Shown: positions 39,983 through 53,911, counted from the stretch's first letter. The stretch: 64,000 nt of DNA from Eledone cirrhosa (GCA_964016885.1 OZ024746.1:16864001-16928000), one strand, 5' to 3'. Numbers and translations are program-made. The notes: generated from the sequence alone by a model not told the origin.

Positions 39983-41398
39983 CATCATCATCATCATCGT
40001 TTAACGTCCATTTTCCATGCTAGCATGGGTCTGGACGGGAATTGTCCCACTTGAGGCAAGATTGGTTGTCTTGCTCAGGACTATCTGGCGGGTTTTCTAT
40101 GGCTGGATGCCCTTCCTAACACCAACCACGTTTACAGTGTGGACTGGGAGGTTTTTACTGTGTTACCTACACGGCCACATTACAGCGTGGACTGTGTGTT
40201 TTATTGTCGTGACACCTACATGTCTGGCGGGTTTTCTACGGCTGGGTGCCCTTCCCAACACCAACCACGTTTACAGTGTGTACTGGGAGGTTTTTACTGT
40301 GTTACCTACACGGCCACATTACAGCGTGGACTGTGTGTTTTTTTGTCGTGACACCTACACGACCTCATTTGTTTCGGACTGGATGTTGTGGTACCATTAT
40401 AACTTCACATTTAAGCGGGTGGTGTGGATGGGGTGGGAGTAGTGGGACGGGGGTGTATTTTGTTAGAGGTGCCTACTGACTGTAGGTTTCGCTTTGTACT
40501 TAGGCAAGGCGGGTCTTCTGTATAACTGTGTAGCGCCAAAGATCTTGGTCCAGTGACATTGTCTTGGAGAGGTGTAAGTGTGTGAGGTCAGAATTTATCA
40601 AGTCGTCCCAGGTTTTTCTGGGTCTGCCTACTCCGTGGCTACCGTCTATTTTTATCGCCCTGCACTTTTTTATACAGCTGTCGTCTTTCATGCGCATCAC
40701 GTGACCGTACCAACATAGTCTTCTCTCGAGTAAACAACATCTGATCCCTCTTATTCCTAATTTCTCCCTTAGCTCGTTTATGCTTTGCCGTTCTCGTATA
40801 TTACTATTACACATCCAGCGGAGCATGCAAGCTTCGTTCCTCTCCAGTCTGCGTATATCCTCTGCACACAATGCCCAGGTCTCACTGCCATGTAACATTG
40901 CTGTTCGTATGCAGGCATCATACAGCCTGCCTTTCATTTTTAGAGAGAACCCTTTAGTGGCCAATAGTGGTATAAGCTCTCTGAACTTTTTCCATCCCGT
41001 TCTGACTCTAGCTACTGTACTTTCAGAGCACCTGATGATTTTGTCACCCAGGTAACGGAAGCTATCCACTATTTCTATAGAACCATCTGTGCAATGGAAT
41101 GAGCTAGTATTCTGTGGGCACTTGCTGCTACTTATTGCACTTGAGCACCGGCCACATATAAAATCTATATTCTTAGTTAGCTTACCTGTGATCCCACTAT
41201 ATCTTTTATGCACCCATACTTTGCATTTGGGACATAAAATGGAGTTTCTGCCTACTCCTTTCCTACACACTGAGCATGGCCATTTCCCAGATGGGACCGG
41301 TACCCTATTTTCCTTGCTACAAACTAGAACTTTAGTCTTAGACAAGTTAACTTAAAGGCCTTTTGATTCTAGGCCATGCTTCCATGTTTGGAATTTTT
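39983..41398 (-). mobile_element. 5'-truncated RTE-clade LINE (PHD finger, RT C-terminus, 3' UTR with ~139-bp internal duplication, GAT tail)
   Basis: ORF 40500-41345 is nearly identical to the 6299-7910 copy; (CAT)n tail at 39983-39998. Confidence 0.95.
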
Positions 41399-41449
41399 CA
41401 ATATTGAATAAAAAAAATTTTTTTAATGTTTTTCTTAAAATGTACTCAC

Positions 41450-41663
41450 CTGACATGCCTTGCTTGTTTATTTGTCTATCATATATTTTCTTCTCTAATG
41501 TGTTATCAGTAATTAACCTGTATATGTAGGAATATTTCTGTTGACCATAGCGATAAACACGACAAACAGCCTGACAATCATGGCACGGATTCCATGAGGC
41601 ATCAAAAATAACAACACGATTAGCTCCAATAAGATTGATACCAAGACATCCAGCTCGTGTTGA
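41450..41663 (-). pseudogene. RAD54L2: Orphan exon of SNF2-family helicase ARIP4/RAD54L2 (helicase C domain, motifs V-VI)
   Basis: [71 protein letters not shown], then a canonical donor AG|GTGAGT. No convincing acceptor and no neighbouring exons were seen. Confidence 0.8.
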
Positions 41664-42182
41664 TATAATAATAACAAAATATATTTGCAGAACGTGGTGA
41701 ATTCTTGCTGGTCTCACTCAGTTCACATAGAATAATAATTTACCTAATTTAGTACAGATAACTGCTTTAGAGAAATAGAATATTATTTAAGTAACAAAGA
41801 TTTTTTGTTCAAGTTCTGTTATGAGCCAAGAGAAGCCAAATTTCTCTTATATACATATGCATTCACACATACATGTGTATGATGATGATCATCATCACCA
41901 TCACTATTTTACATCTATTTTTCATGAGTTAGATGGGCTGACATGTGAAATTTGACAGGATCACACCTTGCTCATGCATTTTGGCATGTTTTTCTACTGC
42001 TGGGTGCCCTTCATAATACCAACCACTTTCCAGCATGTTCTTGGTAAGCTTTATATCAGCAAGTCATGAACATCACAACAACCAAATTTCTCCTGCCAAC
42101 GAGGGAGCCCCAACAGTGGCTCCCTCATATGCTACACACACACACATGTGTATACATATATACACACACACACACACATATA

Positions 42183-42346
42183 TAAGACCAAACTCCAGAG
42201 AGGATTTAATAAAAGTTATATCATGAAATAATATATATAACTAGAGCAAATATTTATTATTTGAACAGATTAAAAGTTTAAGAACAGAATAGAGTGAGAG
42301 CAAAGATTCTGTGTTTAAACTTTTATTCTGTTCAACTAATAAATAT
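42183..42346 (-). mobile_element. Degenerate foldback element with unique tail (probable old member of the PLE-type class)
   Basis: Imperfect 41-bp arms at 42250-42290 and 42306-42346. The tail AAGACCAAACTCCAGAGAG resembles AAGACCAAAATCCAAAGAG at ~59420. TA-rich flanks. Confidence 0.45.
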
Positions 42347-44859
42347 ATGTATGTTTGCATGCATATATAATTTAGCAGAAACACTGCTCTATGTTAATAT
42401 ATGTGTTCTAGAAAAGGTGGGAAACCTGGCATTCTGTTCTACAGAATATCTGAATGTCTGAAACTTTAAGACTAGGTTTAAAATAAAATCCTATGTCTAC
42501 ATTTCCTAGACATTCTGTTGGTGAAGTAAATATGATCAGCATAAAATATATGTATATAGTACCTTGCTTTGAAGTTTTAGGCATTCTGTTGAATACCTAA
42601 GTACTCTATACTCACATCCTTTCCTCTGCTGCACCACTAATCTCCCCCTGTCATTTCTCGACCCTCTCCACACATTTAGCCCTCAATCATACCAAAATCT
42701 CCAAAATGGCTGACTGGATACACATGCCCCCCCCCCCCCCGCACCCCTTTCCCCCAGTTCCTTCCTATTCTTACTCTTTATCTTTCTATTTTATCTTTTA
42801 TTTCTAACTCTATCTTGTGTTCAAAACATTAAGACTATTTTCCTGTTATTTCAAGTGTTAAACTAATATATTTCTTCAATTTATTGTGTTGTTTGCTTTG
42901 TATTTTTCTGTTTCCTTTTTACATCCTCTATACAATATCTGAGTTTCACATAATGATAGAAACATATATAATGTGTGTTTTTTATATTGTACACAAATGA
43001 ATGTAAAATGAAAATTACATTTTTCATGTTCCTATGATACAAACTCACACCTTCATATTTGATTTTGCAGTTTAATTCAACAATTTAGGAGCAACATAGA
43101 CAGATGCATTGCCATTGTATCAAATATATATATATATGAGAGAGAGAGAGAAAATATATATACAAATGTACTTTATACACACAAATATATATATATATAT
43201 AAAATATATATTCACACATACATAGACATATGCACACACAGACACACGTGTGTGTGCTAGTCAGATTAAACTATTCTCTATACCTGGTATTGAATACATT
43301 TTTCCCTGTCTGTTATCATTAACATAATATACACATACATACATGTATATATGAACGTGAGAGTATAGTAGAAAATACTTACCTAAAGTGATGCGCAGTG
43401 GAACTCAACTCGAACCATGTGGTTGCAAAGCAAGTTTCTTCACCACACAGCCATGCTAGTATGTGTCATTTATAAAATGAAGTATCTGTTATGGAAAACA
43501 TTATTACTTATTGATCATAGTACGTATTGGGAAAAACACACCAAAAAATAGAAGTCTATCTTAATAAAAAAAGATTTCAAATGAGGTTTTCTGTAGAAAT
43601 TTGACAAAAAAAAAAAAAATAGTTTCGTTTCAATGAAAATAATCAATTTTCTTGTAAATGTTGTGTGTGATGATAAACTTAGTTTTCTTTTTTCTTTTGT
43701 AAATTTTATGGTGTGATAAATCTTGATTGAATGTAAACAATAAGCACAAGATTTATTAGATGATGTTTATATTTAAAATGATTAAAAAAAAAAAATGTTG
43801 AAACCAGTAAAAGAATATAACAATAAAAGAATGAATGCAGCTAAATTCTTTATGGTAGTGGTTCATATTCTGAAGATCTTTGTAAACATCAAAGAAAGCA
43901 AAGTTTTTCATCTTCATTGAAAAAAAAAGAAAGAAATAATACTAAAAAATTTTATTCTAGTTTTGATTTAGGACAAGATAATGCAGGAAATTAAGAAAAT
44001 ATTAATCATTCTGTGTGAGGGTATTGAAAATGTACCAATTCTTAAAGTAAACTAAATTAAATATATGGGGGTGGGGGGGACAAAAAAAAGAACAAAAGCA
44101 ACAAGAAGCTGTTGGGTACATTATGGGATGGTGCATGCTATCTTGGAGAATTTGGTGTTTAATCATGCTATAGAAATATAGAAAGAAGCGTAGCAGAAGT
44201 TTTCATTGGGGCGGGGGTGGCAGCCGTGTAAGTATTTCCTGTTTGAAATAACACATTCACTTTTCTCTTGCATAGTCAAACCATTTTATTGATTAGAATA
44301 TGATGTACTGTGCTACCCAAATACTGGTGAAGGACACCCTACTGAAATACCTTCAGTCAATTTATAAAAAGTATTTTAACACACTCTCTATTGCACATTC
44401 TCATTTTTCTCCACACTGTAGTTGGTAATAAGACTTGAAAATAGAGCAGTTCACCATTACTTACTTACATTGCTTTAATTCTCTTCTGTATAGTTCCCAA
44501 AGTAACTAACTATTCTGGTAAGACAAACCTGTTATATTGATGTAAACATGAATAAAGGAATATATTGTATCATCATCATCATCATCATCATCATCACAGA
44601 CAGCATTGTTTTTTTTTTATATCCACATTTCTGTGATGGCATGGGTTGGACAGGACTTTTTAAAGCAGTGTTTTATAGCCAAATGCCCTTTCTGGGACCA
44701 ACCCTTTTAGTTAGCTCTTATCACATGCAGGGATACAGTGTACCTATTCTAAAAACCAGGATACATATAGTTGATTAAAAATATTACAAAATACTTCGTT
44801 TTTAATATAATTTGTATGAATTTGGAAAGATTTAATACGTAAATAGTTACTATTATTAC

Positions 44860-45048
44860 GGTAGATTGGCAGTATCAGTAGAGGGTCGGACCCCATACTT
44901 TCCAGCATAGTTACGTCCCTTTACGATCTGGGTTCAAATCCCGCCGAGGTTGACTTTGCCTTTCATCCTTACGGGGTCGATAAAATAAAGTACCAGTAAT
45001 GCACTGGATAATTGCTGGCCTTGTGCCTAAAGTAGAAACAATTATTAA
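44860..45048 (+). mobile_element. Meta-domain tRNA SINE
   Basis: A-box TGGCAGTATCAG, B-box GGGTTCAAATCC, Meta core. Confidence 0.85.
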
Positions 45049-46611
45049 TACTAAGACTTTGTTTTAATAACATCTAAGAGCAATTCCTACTTATAATGTA
45101 TATTTTTGGTTGGGGGCTTTTAAATACTTTTATCAAAAGAGATCTCAATTAAATATGTCTATAATTTTATAGAAAAGTTGGTCTTAGGGTGTCCAGCCAT
45201 AGGAACCTTGCCAATAATGGAAATTATAAGCAAGATGTAGTTCCTCTAACCTGCCTGGTCTCAAACCATGATATCCCTCTTCAAAACATGCTAGCATGGG
45301 GCCATGATATGACATCATAGCATCTCTGGGTCATGATATGAAAGACACTGCAGATGTATTACTGTAATTCATCAGTTAGGTAATAGTCTACTTAAATAAA
45401 ACGTGTATAATGATACCCAAATTCTATGCTGTAGACATAAAGAATTTTACTATACATGCCTACACATTACTAAGATATTTATTTAACCCTATTGATATCA
45501 AACCTCCTGAAACTTCTCTGATACAAAGTCATTTGTTTTAAAGTGTATATATTTATTTAAAACTATTTAGATCATAATTTTATGTAAGAATTTTATGTCC
45601 AAACATCAGCTTAAGAATAAGGGAGTTATATTTCTAAATCCCTTCAACTTCTTGATTATTTTCAAAATGATTTGAAAATAACAGGCAGTGCTTTTCATTA
45701 GAAATATGGTAATGAATGAGTTAATAGGAAATTGGTTGGACACTATGTTGTAGTTTTGTAGATCAATGGTTCCCATCTTTTTTCTACAAAGGATTCCTCT
45801 AATTTAAATGGATTTTCCCAGATTGTTACATGCTGAGAATATCAATTAAAAAGAGAGAACTATTCATACTCAACCCTTTAGCATTTACATTATTCTGTAT
45901 TAGCATATAGATATTATGTTTTAAATAAAGTACTTAAAACTTTGAACTTAGCTCACAGAACTCCAGTACTACTTTTGTAGGTTCTTTGGTATCTGGAGAT
46001 CCGATGTTGTAGACTAAAACAAATTTGACTTCTATGAATCTATTCTACAATGTTTTGATTATCAAGGTAGAACTGTTTCTTTTTGTTTTCTAAAGGATTA
46101 ACGGAATATTTTCTCTTACAAATGTCATTGTTTAAATAAATGTCATTGTTTGATTTTACAAAATTTTACAATTATACTCAAGTTGCTTCCTTCCATCTAT
46201 GATTTTAGATACTAACCCTATCTAACTTCTGCTCTTTGTGTTGGGTGTCCATCCTGTTACAGGTTAAAATAAAAAAGTTTTTCTCAAGCTTATCCTGGTT
46301 TCATCTAGTATTTCGTGACTGAGAACATAAAACTTTCCCTTTGACAGGATGCCAGTCAATTGCAAGTGCAGCTGGTATTAATTTGTTCAGCCGAGTGGAC
46401 TGATGCAATGTGAAATGAAATGTTTTGTTCAAGGACACAGTGCTCTTTCTGGTCTGCAAATCAAACTCACAGCCTCACAACAGTGAGCCTGATGTCTTAA
46501 CCACTAAGTTGTATACCTTAATATGTACTTACTGTGTCAACCTAACAAATTATGTTCATTCACCCCAAACATAATTGATTTGACCTACACAAACGAAATT
46601 TTATTTATCTG

Positions 46612-46646
<35 letters not shown>

Positions 46647-46957
46647 GTTGTCCTCAGGAGGTGTGTAATCAAGTTTTATTATAGAAACGACTCTTTTCCT
46701 GCAGGGGTCCTTCCTGCATCTCTCTCTCTCTCTCTGTCAGGGGTTGAGTTATTTATTACAGTGTCTAGTTCTGCCAAAATCTTGTCCTAATACCAAGAGG
46801 TGAAGGAGGAGGGGAAAGGTGGACAGATAAAGGAAATGAACTACTTCCTGCCAAGGTATTGTTGTTATTGTTGTTGTATAAGTATTGGTAAAGGCATTGG
46901 TATTGATAACATTGTTGGTGTTGGTGTTGTTGTAGTTGTGGTGTTGTGTTGTTGTAA

Positions 46958-46964
46958 CTATTAC

Positions 46965-47000
<36 letters not shown>

Positions 47001-47011
47001 CACTTACTACT

Positions 47012-47062
<51 letters not shown>

Positions 47063-47090
47063 TTACTACCACTTACTACTACTATTACCG

Positions 47091-47160
<70 letters not shown>

Positions 47161-47263
47161 CACCACCACCACCACCACCACTACTACTACTACCACTACT
47201 ACTACCACCACCACCACTTACTACTACCACCACCACCACCACTTACTACTTACTACCACCACC

Positions 47264-47295
<32 letters not shown>
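46958..47295. repeat. (ACT/ACC)n trinucleotide microsatellite
   Basis: Direct reading. Confidence 0.95.
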
Positions 47296-47473
47296 AGTTG
47301 TTCTTATGTGTTATGTACTGTTGTTGTTAGTGGTAGTGGTCTGAAATAAATTGCAGATCAATAGAGGATAATCACATGGAGATCAAAAATAGATTCCTTT
47401 ACATAGTAACAAGGTATTTTAAATTGGTGCACTGGAATAAAAAAAATAGTTACCTGAATAACTAGTATGTATG

Positions 47474-47504
<31 letters not shown>

Positions 47505-47544
47505 ACTTATGTATGTATATATACCCCCCACCCCACCACCACCG

Positions 47545-47633
47545 CCAAAATATATACACACTTTGATTACCTGTCCAGGCAATATTAGAATGCTGTTGAA
47601 GTGTGTATACGTTTTTTTTTGCGACACCCTCTA
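47545..47633. mobile_element. Tc1/mariner-type MITE remnant
   Basis: The right end reads TA-GAGGGTGTCGCAAAA on the minus strand (mariner-like CAGGGTGTC TIR). Internal inverted arms AAAATATATACACACTT / AAGTGTGTATACGTTTT. Confidence 0.45.
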
Positions 47634-47924
47634 TATATATATGTACATGTGTATGTACATGTGTATGTATATATGTGTGCTTGTGTGTGTGTATGCATGT
47701 ATGTGTGTGCGTATGCATGTATGTGTGTGTGTGTGTGTGCGTGTGTACACATCCTGGTTGACAGGTACTCAAGTTTGTGGTTGCCAATATATGTATGGGT
47801 ATTAATGCATACAGGTAAATAAACATGTGTGCGCATATAAATATGTCTGTGTGTATACATATATAATTCTTTCATCATAATTTTACATCCGCTTTACATA
47901 CTGTCATATATATATATATATATA

Positions 47925-48112
47925 TAATTGTTTCTACTTTTGGCACAAGGCCAGCAATTACCCAGTGTATTACTGGTACTTTATTTTATCGACCCCATAA
48001 GGATGAAAGGCAAAGTTAACCTCGGCGGGATTTGAACTCAGAATGGCAAGGGCCGTAACTCTATGCGTCAAAGCATGGTGTCCGACTCTCTACCGATACT
48101 GCCAATCCACCA
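47925..48112 (-). mobile_element. Meta-domain tRNA SINE, young copy in (TA)n
   Basis: Near-identical to 53912-54098. Confidence 0.88.
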
Positions 48113-48637
48113 ATATAATATATATATATATAAATATATAAATTAAGAGTGAATACCATGATATATATGTGTTTGTGTGTATGCATGCGTAAACACACAC
48201 ACACACACATACACACACTATAGATGCTTTGTTCTAGCTCTGAATACCAAGTAAAAATATATGAATAAGAAATGAGCCTCCATGCTCAATATTCTCACAG
48301 TGAAGCTATAATTTCTATTCATAGATGAATGTAAGCAATGTGTTAGCTTTTCTATAGGAAATCATTTCTGTGTAAAGGATTTAAAAAAACAAAGAAGTGA
48401 GGTGTGGTGGCGGTTGCTTTCAAGTGAATATTACCTAGAAATCTAAACTTAGGCCTGTGTCTGTCTATCATTTGTGTAATGTGAAGGGGACCTGTGTGTG
48501 TGTGTGTCTGTCTGTATGTATGTGTGTGTGTTATATATGTATATCTATATGTATATACATATATTTATATATATGTGTGTATGTATATATATATCAATAT
48601 ATAAGTATGAGTGTATATGTGTGTGTGTTTATATAAA

Positions 48638-49204
48638 AAAAACCTGGGACGATTTGATAAATTCCGACCTTACACACTTGCACCTCTCTAAGACAATGTC
48701 AGTCGACCGAGATCTTTGGCGCTATGCAGTAATACAGAAGACCCGTCTTGCCTAAGTACAAAGTGAAACCTACAGTCAGTAGGCACCTCTTAACCAAAAA
48801 CACACCCCCTACACCACCCCTAGCCCCACCCCCATCTACACCACCCCTAGCCCCACCCCCATCTACACCACCCCTAGCCCCACCCCCATCTACACCACCC
48901 CTTTCTCTGTAAAGTTATGTTGGTACCACAACATCCAGTCCTAAATAAATGAGGTTGTGTAGGCGTCACAACAAAAAAACACAGTCCACGCTGTAATGTG
49001 GCCATGTAGGTAACACGGTAAAAACCTCCCAGTCCACACTGTAAACGTGGTTGGTGTTAGGAAGGGCATCCAGCCGTAGAAAACCTGCCAGACAGTCCTA
49101 TACGAGCAAGACAACCAATCTTGCCTCAAGTGGGACAATTCCCGTCTAAACCCATGCTAGCGTGGAAGATAGACGTTAAACGATGATGATGATGATGATG
49201 ATGA
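48638..49204 (+). mobile_element. Short 5'-truncated RTE LINE (last ~38 codons, 3' UTR, (GAT)n)
   Basis: KTWDDLINSDLTHLHLSKTMS..QKTRLA*; the 3' UTR has a 27-bp C-rich unit repeated ~3.5 times (48809-48902). Confidence 0.92.
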
Positions 49205-49469
49205 TTTCTGCGTGGCGCCAAAGATCTCGGTCCCGTGACATTGTCTTAGAGAGGTGCAAGTGTGTAAGGTCTGATAAATTCCGACCTTACACACTTGCAA
49301 CTCTCTAAGACAATGTCACTGGACTGAGATCTTTGGCACCACGCAGTAATACAGAAAACTCGTCTTGCCTATGTACAAAGTGAAACCTATATTCAGTAGG
49401 CACTTCTTAACCAAATATACACCCCAATCCACTACCCCTACTCCATCCACTCACTCCGAGCACCACCAC
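49204..49469 (+). mobile_element. RTE 3' fragment with foldback inverted duplication
   Basis: 68-bp arms at 49204-49271 and 49283-49350, both made of RTE ORF-end sequence. Confidence 0.85.
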
Positions 49470-50482
49470 CACCCTTTCTCTGTAAAGTTGGTATAGATAG
49501 ATAGGTATACATATATATATATGTGTGTGTGTGAATACATACATACATGCATGTGCACATATAACATATGACAAGGCAATGGTTATAATACAAGAAATTG
49601 TTGGGTGTAACCTGAAATCATATTGGTAGGCAAACTTCATAACAACAGGGCTATGCGAGAAGTTTGCCCCACAATATGATTTCAAGTTACACCCTACAAT
49701 TGCTTTGTGGGGAATTTGGTAGTTGGAAATTGTAAGGAAGCCCATCTAATGTGTGTCATTATCATCATCATCAATATATGATAATGAGTATATATTGTCT
49801 TGAGACTTGTACCTTTACCTTGGCAGTTATTACTTTCTTGGGTAGAAGGTTTATTTACCTGAAGGAAAAAAGGCTGTGATTTGCTTGATGACAGTTGAGG
49901 GGGGTTCTCACACATGGCTACTCTAGCCACCCTTCTAGTGTGCACAGCACTAACCTGACTAGTGTTAGCCTTATTGTATACACAATATATATACACACAT
50001 ATTTATACACAGGGACAGTAATTTGAAGGGAAGAGAGAAGTCAATTAAATCGACTCCAGTGTGTTACTGGTACTTTTATTTTATCAACCTTATAATGATA
50101 AAAGGCAAACCTAACTTTGGCAGGATTTGAACTCAACATAAAGGGCCATAACTATATGGCGCTAAGAATGTTGTCCAACACTTTACTAATACTATGAATT
50201 CATTGAAATAGGAACTCACAACCTGAAGGTTCATATACTGATTCTGATACTGTGTCAGCTCAGCCAACCACTTAAAATAATTACTTGGAAGAGTGTTTAC
50301 ACATTTATGTTCAAATATGGTCAATTTATTACTTTCACAGACACACCAATATCATAACAGCCATTTCTTTAGTATCTTTAGTAGGGGTGTGTCCTTTAGA
50401 TGGATCAAATTTTGGAATAATTGTTTTTTTCTTTTTGCTCTTACTTTATCTCTCTCCTTCCACCTCTTGGCTAACTGTTCAG

Positions 50483-50549
50483 ATTTTAATATAAATGATA
50501 TTAGAAAATTTGAGAAAGAAAGCCTTCAGATTACAGCTTATAATGTCAT
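50483..50549 (+). CDS. Candidate 67-nt internal exon of an unidentified host gene
   Basis: Pyrimidine tract plus CTAACTGTTCAG acceptor, open frame (D)FNINDIRKFEKESLQITAYNV, perfect GTAAGT donor. No homology recognised. Confidence 0.3.
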
Positions 50550-51369
50550 GTAAGTATGTGTGTGTTTGCATACATGAATTCATTCATGTGTGTGTGTGTA
50601 TGTATGTAACCATCACCATTTAATGTCCATTTCCCATGCTAGCATGGGTTAGACGAATATATATATATATGCACACACATACACCCATGCACAACACATG
50701 TTTATGTGGGCATGTGTACATATGCTTCAGCTGTCTTTTTATGTATTACCAGCTTTGTCTTTTATTGCACTTTGTTTTCTGCTCTTTCCCTCCATTTTAG
50801 GGACTGACTTGAAAAGGTTGTATCACTTATTGTTCTCATAGTCAGTATCTCTGCACTTCTGTTTTTGTTCTATTTTAACTGCTTTGTTCACTTTTATATC
50901 ACTTGGCTTTGACACAACACTCAGCATTTCTTTTCTGGCTTTCTGTCTTTGTTCAAAAACTCTCCCTATTTCTGATAGAAGGCCTCTCCCTTCTTTGTGA
51001 GCTTCAAGTGAACTATTTCTTCTCTTAATTTCTTTGTTGTTTCTTTGAAATACGTATATCCAGATATTAGATAAACTGACAACACAAATCCAAGATTTTG
51101 CAAAATTGAAAATATGTCCATTAACCTTTTTGTTACCATATTTCTCATGAGATATATATAACTTATGTTACTGTATTTCTTATGAGATGTACAACTTATG
51201 CGTTTCAATTAATTTTGAGAATAACCAAAAATGTTCATTAGTAAGCTGTTAGAACATTACTTAAAAATTTCTCAAATAAAATTGATGGAAGGTTTTAGTT
51301 TAAGGATAAACATTTAAAAATGAATAACAGTTTATTATTATAAATCCAGGGGGATTTCAAGCGATTCAG

Positions 51370-51880
51370 TATCAAAAGAGTTAAATAGTTGGACAAAGAA
51401 GGTGAAAAATTCAACATGAAAATAAATGGGGTGAAGTGCAAGATTCTGTCACCTAACAAAAAAATTATTACATCAGATTGTTTTGAAGTAGAATGTGTCA
51501 CAGAGTATATATTTCTCTGTAGTATAGTAGCAAATGGATCTGATGTAAAAAGCTATGTCTCACTATCAACTACAATGTTTGAAAAACTAAGAAACATGAT
51601 TAAGAATAGACAAGTATCGAGTGAGCCAAAGTTACACTGTACAACTTCTATTTTTCCAATCACAACCTACTCCTCAGAAACATGGAAATAGAATGAAGTA
51701 TTTAACTATATTCCTGCACCAACTATGAGATACCATTTTTATGACGGATGATATGCATGACGTTGAGTGCTTATGATTATTGCATCATGATCTGCTAATC
51801 AGAATGCCTAGATCTGCCTATGTAGACCCGACCAACTCTTGCTAGCAGGAAAAGCAGCCATTAAATGATGATGATGATGT
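51370..51880 (+). mobile_element. Old decayed RTE-like LINE fragment
   Basis: GEKFNMKINGVKCKIL..VECVTEYIFLCS..TYSSETWK matches RT thumb motifs; ends in (GAT)n. Confidence 0.6.
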
Positions 51881-52693
51881 GTGTGTGTATGCGTGCCAAT
51901 ATATAAGAAGAATAGAACATGATCATGTCTGCTACAAACTTTCATATAATAAATGAATGAGGGGAGGAGGGCTGATGTCTGTGACCCTTGTGGTACTTCC
52001 TAGACTGGTGAGATTGATGTAGATCAAAGCACTTGCCAAACAAGTGAAAGTCACCAGTATCGATACATATATGTATTATGTATGTATGTGTGAGTGTGTA
52101 TGTGTGTGAGTGTGTATATATATATATGGGTATAGGTATGTATATGTGTGTGTGTGTGTCAATACATATATATGTCTATGTGTGTGTTTGTATGTGTATA
52201 TATATAAGTGTATATATATGTGCGTGTGTGTTATAATGTTATAGTGTTTTGTTTTTAAAACATAATATTTGTCATCTGCCATGGAACAGCACCACCTCCA
52301 CCCTCAACCCCAGTGCCCTCACCATCACCAGTTTTAATGCAATAAGATATTCCTTGTGGGCAACAATAAAACTAGATATTTCATTGGAATAAAACTGATT
52401 ATTTTTCATTTCATATTAAAGTAAAAAAAATATATTTTCCAATGTGAAATTTGGATTCTTTTATAATATTTTTTTTTTTTCAATATTTTTTGTTATTTGA
52501 TAGTTTAGTTGCATTGTTGTTGTTATTGCTGTTGTTGTGTAGCTTTATATATCAAACCTGATCCAGCAAACTTATTTCTTTATTTCACAATCATAGAGTC
52601 TGGTATTTCTAGTAGATATGTTTGTTACTGCTGTTGTTGTTGTGTAGCTTCAAGTTATGCCTGATCATAAAAATGTTCCAGCCAGACATGAAC

Positions 52694-53003
52694 AAAGCTG
52701 GTAATAGGTCCATCCCCACTCCAGCCGATAATATGCTCAGGCCAGATATAAAGCTGGTAATAGCCCCATCCTCATCCCAGCTGGTAATAGGCTCAGGCTA
52801 GGTGTAAAATATACTCCCTCCCCACTCCAACTGGTAATAGGCTCAGGCCAGATATAAAATGTAACCCCTCCTCTCCAGCTAATATGTTCAGGTGAGATGT
52901 AAAATATAGATCCTATTTCAAACTGCTCATTAAGTATTTTAGTATTCACTGTTAAATACATATGATTTATATACTCTTTATTTCTGAGTCCATACACATA
53001 GTG
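52694..53003. mobile_element. Unclassified interspersed repeat with ~45-55-bp internal subrepeats (second copy at 54563-54780)
   Basis: Repeated GCTGGTAATAGGCTCAGGCCAGATATAAAAT, followed by ATTTCAAA..TCATTAAGTATTTTA in both copies. Confidence 0.55.
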
Positions 53004-53911
53004 CATGGGTTTTCTCCTCCAATTTATACATTTCGTTAAGCAACCCAGTGTGGTTGGTGTAAGGAAGTACTTGCAGCCATAGAAACTATGCCAAAAGGGT
53101 TGAGAAATCTCTGTCATAACAAAACAACCTCCCTAGTACTGGTGTCATAAAAAATGCATCCAGTACACCCTATAAAGTGGTTGGTGATAGGAAGAGCATT
53201 CAGTCATAGAAACCATACCAAAATTGTATCAAGGGCACGAAAACCTCTCTAGTGTTGGTGACATGAAAAATGCATCCTGTACACTCTAGTGTGGTTGGTT
53301 ACTGGAAGAGCATCCAGCCATAGAAAACATGCCAAATAAAGAGTCTAAATGACTTTACAGTTGTGTCAAAGACGTGACAACTTCGCTAGTGTTGGTACCA
53401 TGATAAAATGCACCAAGTGCACTCTGTAGAGTATGTAAGCGAGATGGCCCTTGGCCCATTTAAAAGGTCAAGGATTAAGTACAGACTTGGTCTGTGATAA
53501 CCTGTCCAACTCTCACTAGCAAGGAGAGTGCATGTTAAATGTTGATGATGGAGATGTATACTATACACAAGACTGGTATGACTATAATAATAATAGATTT
53601 TATTTGCCACATGGACACATATAATGGATACAAGAACAAGATACAACAAAGTGGGAGAAGAAGTTGCATGTAACATGTAAAAGAAAATAATAATATATAT
53701 GTATATTATACATAAGCCATGTATTAGAAATAGCTATATAGTAACATTTTCAAAATTTTCTCCTTTGATATAAGAATATGTATAATACATCAGTGCATCT
53801 TATATTCTAAAAAATGCAAAAAAATATACTAATTCAAATCCAGGTACTACAATTTAGAATAAGACTGAGAATTAAGTAGTTACCTATATAACATAGTCAA
53901 TTTATAATAAT

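Noticed and set aside
43862-43915. CTGAAGA-stem-GAAA hammerhead candidate
   Set aside because: No stem I or stem III pairing
45335-45385. Minus-strand CTGATGA plus hairpin
   Set aside because: No GAAA core or stem I
46749-47349. Poly-T/Y/L/P/H ORFs
   Set aside because: Trinucleotide microsatellite
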